Shown here: piece after piece, positions 60,132-64,000 of the stretch
How positions within the stretch are numbered: position 1 is the first letter of the stretch
Layout: the number at the start of each line of letters is the position of its first letter
Source of the DNA: Oculina patagonica
Taxonomy: Eukaryota
Assembly (NCBI RefSeq): GCF_052425735.1
Contig: NC_135768.1
Coordinates: 22,444,001-22,508,000 of the forward strand
Direction: 5' to 3'
Length of the DNA: 64,000 nucleotides
Position numbers and translations under genes: made by a program
The notes under the pieces: generated by a model
What the model saw: the letters and a program-made list of their open reading frames with translations, nothing else
Databases searched by the model: none
What the model was told of the DNA's origin: nothing

Positions 60132-63100
60132 GTTAGCAATATTTTATTTTCTGGTGGTATAGGTATTATATATTTCCGTGTAGCGTTTGAGTTTACCGCT
60201 AGAAATCAGCTTTATAAGCTGTACTCCGCTCGAAATAGCTTCGAACTTCCTGTTTCTTGAATACCGAGTTGTCTTAATTCTTGAATGAAGTACTTCACAC
60301 AGTTATCAACGGACAATTCAAGCGAACAAAACTATTTCAAACCAAAGAACTATTGATTATTAAAAGACCGTATTTGTTTTATTGAAGTAATATAAAACAT
60401 GAAAGTTTCGTGCGAGTTTTCGTTTTATGACTACCGTATGAGCTTCGTCTGCTTTAGTTTCAAAGAAATTTAGCACAGACGTGCGAGTTTATAATGCGGG
60501 TATGAATGACTAGAAGGTCCGTTAATTAGCATATTGTCTTAAAATGAAAGTTTCAGAATAACAAATTATTTAAAGAATTGCTTCGCAGCAGTTTCATACT
60601 GCGCTGTAATTTTGGAACCTTGACCCTGCGTTATTTTAACGACAGGTTTTCGTTCTCGTTTTATAGTGGAATGGACTCAAAGTCCGCTGGAAGAACAAAA
60701 CATATATCATATGTAGTGTAAATTTTTGTATCGCCCTGTCAGCAGCTCAATTATTTTACGAATGTATTGATTTTTTATGTTTTACTTAGCGGTATAAAAC
60801 GTGCGATTTCTGAAGGGTTTTAGAAAGGAAGTGTCTCTTGAAGCGCGCGCGCTCTTCGTCACATTAAATAAACATTTACTCTAGTAAATGACGCATTTCG
60901 TAATTAAAGATAAAACCATTATTTCAATTATCCGATTGGCTAACGAATATGTAATTTTAAAAGCAATTCATTAGCTGGGGACACCTGTTAGTTTGTATAC
61001 ACATTTTGTTTGTATTTCTTGGTTTTCTGAGAGCTTTTTTGAGAGAACTGAAGATATTTTTAGTCGGAAATGGAAAGTTTCACGAACTGTTGCCGAGTTA
61101 GAAACGCGCGTGGCAACGTGCAACATGATTGATCTGTGTGACACATCACTGGACGCCGCTCTGGTTCAGTTTTGAAACATTTACAGCATTGCAATTACAA
61201 TGACATTGCAATATCTATGGTCATCTATAGATAACCTACAATGCCAGGTGATTTTAATTCTCGCAAAGAAAAATAATTTTATATCATTATTATCAGAGCT
61301 AACGCAAATGTTTTAATTAAGCGCAAGGCCTCCTCCTTGATGTTTGAGCGTTTATTGCTTAATAATGTACAAAGCCTTCGTTTAAGACATTTTCATGCAG
61401 GTCATAGCGTGCAATTTAACCGCAGAAGTTTTTACGCTCTTCTGGGTTTCCTTGCAGATACGGTCACGTAGAAAATTATGAGAGTCTTTTTAGGGAAACC
61501 TGATCATAAAATTAGTGCACGCGATTTTAAATTCCACGGTACCTGAACCATTGTCAATGTTCTTTTCAGTTTAATTGTGTTTTCAACCGAAATTTCAAAA
61601 CAAAAGGCTCAAACTGCTCGTTTCTACAACAAAACATAATTAAAGGTTACGCTTGTTCGCGTTTTATGAAAAGGACAATTTAAGTTTATTTTAATCTGGT
61701 CATAGTGAAACCAACCTCTCAAATAGAATAATAAACATCCTAGTCTGGCGATTGCGAAATGCGCAAGAGAGAACGTCTTAGAGTTGTTGAAGTACTTTGA
61801 CTGTTTTGCATTCACGTAATCGAGTGCGTTCTCTGTTTTGACACAATGCTTTAATACCCGGGTCAACAAGGCGAGATGAAGCCAGGTTTTTGTTAAGATA
61901 TTGTTGAATGACTTTAAAACAAAGACATACAAGAGTTTATGATAGTAATACTAAAAGCTGGCAAAAGCTTAATTTAGTTAATTTATGCAAATGCTCCACA
62001 ATTGAATTGTTTACAATCCAAAAAGAAGAACGTGAAAATATTCGCTCTTAATATTTAAAGTCGTCAAGAATTTGAATATTTGACCGTGCTTGCATTGTCG
62101 GTTTGTCGATTTTTTTCTCTTTTTTTCGACCTTCACGCTTGACAGAACGACACAAAAACAACACTACTGGAAAAGAAACAGTGACTTGCCTTGAGGAAGG
62201 AAGATAAACGCAAAGAAAAGAAAACAAAACTTATGCTTAGAAAGTTAATCAGGAAAGAGGTGTGTTTTGGAATTTCAGCTCTAAGGCAATTTTTTTCCTT
62301 TAAAATTTAATTCCTACTTTATTTCGACATTTGATAGGATTTGAATGTGTTTGTTGAGAGCTGTATCTTGTTTCGTGGGATATCTCGGTGATTTTAATCC
62401 ATTGCTGGTACATGGTGGTTATAAGATAAGATATCGCTTCGTCTAAGATTTCAATTCTAAAGTTAGTAATGTCTAGAAGGCTTTAAAACGCCCTCGTCTA
62501 CTTCCGCCCGCGCGCGAGATATGTTGCAATACAACTTCCGCGCACAGCCATACAAGGAAATCTTTGTTTACAATGTTTGCCTCATATAGCATAAGTGCTT
62601 CAGTTTCTGATCGAGCTCCAAAAAAATTAATTATAAATATTGAGAGAACATAGCACGATTAACTTTCGCTATAAATTTCAGCTCGATGTATTAAACACTT
62701 TTTCTGCTATCTGGGTTTGAAAACTCAAAATTGTACAAAGAATGTATGGGCTCATTATAGCGCTTTTTGCCACCCAGAAATTTTGCAGTTTTTTAAAACC
62801 AATATCTCCTTTAACATTAGACGCAAAGACCTGAAAATTCCGATGATTATTAAGTTTCACAAGCTCTTTAAACATATGGAGTCAATTGGCAAAAAGTATG
62901 ATGCCTTCTCTCCGCAAAGTCGCATGCTATTGAGCCATGACGTCAGCAAAGACCGCCATTCTCTCGACTAATGCTGGATTTCCACTGACGCGTAATTTTT
63001 TTACGTGCGTTTATGTGCGTGAAGAAATTTAGAGACAAGGTATGAACGACTTGCGTACGCGTACGCAAGTCGTTGCGATTTTTGAAGACTTTGCGTTGCG

Positions 63101-63636
63101 AAGCCAGTTGGGATTTTTAACCATGTTATGTTCATTTATAAAATTATTTGTTTCCTCTGTTTTAGTGGCATGCCTGTAAACTAGTTATCTCGTTGAGATA
63201 TGAAGCTAAGTGCATGACCACTATAAACACATATTTATTATTTTTTATTTTTATTTTAAAGAAAATCATAACCGTTAAGATGGTTTGAATACCCGGTCTT
63301 TTATTAGCATAGATTTTTACGATTTTTCTTCTCCGTTTACTCCGTAGTTTTTGTTTCGATTGAGAAGATATATTTAACACTCGAGGCAGTGTTTCATCGC
63401 CTACCAAACGCCTCGAATTTCGTCATAAAAATTCCGCTGCGCGTCGTATTTTCAACTCTCTTCTCAGTGTTTGGATATCCGATGAAACACTGTCGCTCGT
63501 GTTTGATATATTACATCTACATGCATCCACGGTTCACGTATGAAACATTTCATATACTTTACATCAGGAAGAGTTCTAATACTAACCACTAATTGTGCGA
63601 AGTCAGAACTGAAGTTTTATCATACGTATTAACTTG

Positions 63637-64000
63637 AAGGGACTATGTCACGGATTTTAACAGATTTTTGAACAGCCTAAATTTATGTTTGTGTCGTAGG
63701 AAACCAAAAAAAATGGTCCATTTTATTAACATTTACAATTTTAGAGCACTTAAACTGTTTAAAAGCGCGTTTGGCTGCAGATGGCCCGAAAGGAAATGAA
63801 TTGCAATTTGAAAACGTTAGTCAACGTTTTCAAGTTGTTTCCGCGCGCATTCAAAAAATCGATATTTATAGAGGAAGTTTGATTTCTGTTCCCAAATAAA
63901 GATTATATCTTCAGATAAATGTTCAAAGACATTGTTTTCACGGTTAAAGTTGCCTACCACTTATTTTTGAACAGTTTAGACCAAAAAATCGCGAAATTCC
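63637..64000 (+). mobile_element. Kolobok-like MITE family K, copy running off the window end
   Basis: AGGGACTATGTCACGGATTTTAACAGA..., colinear with 23546-23945. Confidence 0.88.

Overview
This is AT-rich eukaryotic genomic DNA with spliceosomal introns. Gene and repeat content suggest an anthozoan, probably a stony coral (inference). I assembled eight protein-coding loci by hand from splice sites and reading frame: (1) a 6-exon, 744-aa minus-strand protein with DED, TRADD-N-like domain, coiled coil, death-domain-like region and an apparently catalytically dead caspase-like domain; (2) an intronless class A GPCR with a long tandem-repeat C-tail; (3) a 2-exon class A GPCR with almost no N-terminus; (4) NEK2 (8 coding exons); (5) a convergent C7orf57-like gene with an RFX X-box promoter; (6,7) two paralogous 253-aa secreted fibrinogen-like proteins; (8) the first two coding exons of a Cys-loop (nAChR-like) channel. 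Intergenic and intronic DNA is dense with non-autonomous DNA transposons (TA, TTAA, TWA, 5/6/8/9-bp target duplications) and tRNA-derived SINEs. It also holds a 5'-truncated R4/Dong-type retrotransposon beside a (TAA)n tract, a Harbinger transposase broken by nested insertions, a ~51-bp minisatellite, a degenerate hammerhead motif and an inverted duplication of the GPCR flanks. There is one 131-nt N gap. I found no CRISPR array, rRNA or convincing tRNA. All family assignments come from motif recognition, with no database searches. The best candidate for something new is the DED/TRADD-N-like/DD/pseudo-caspase protein.
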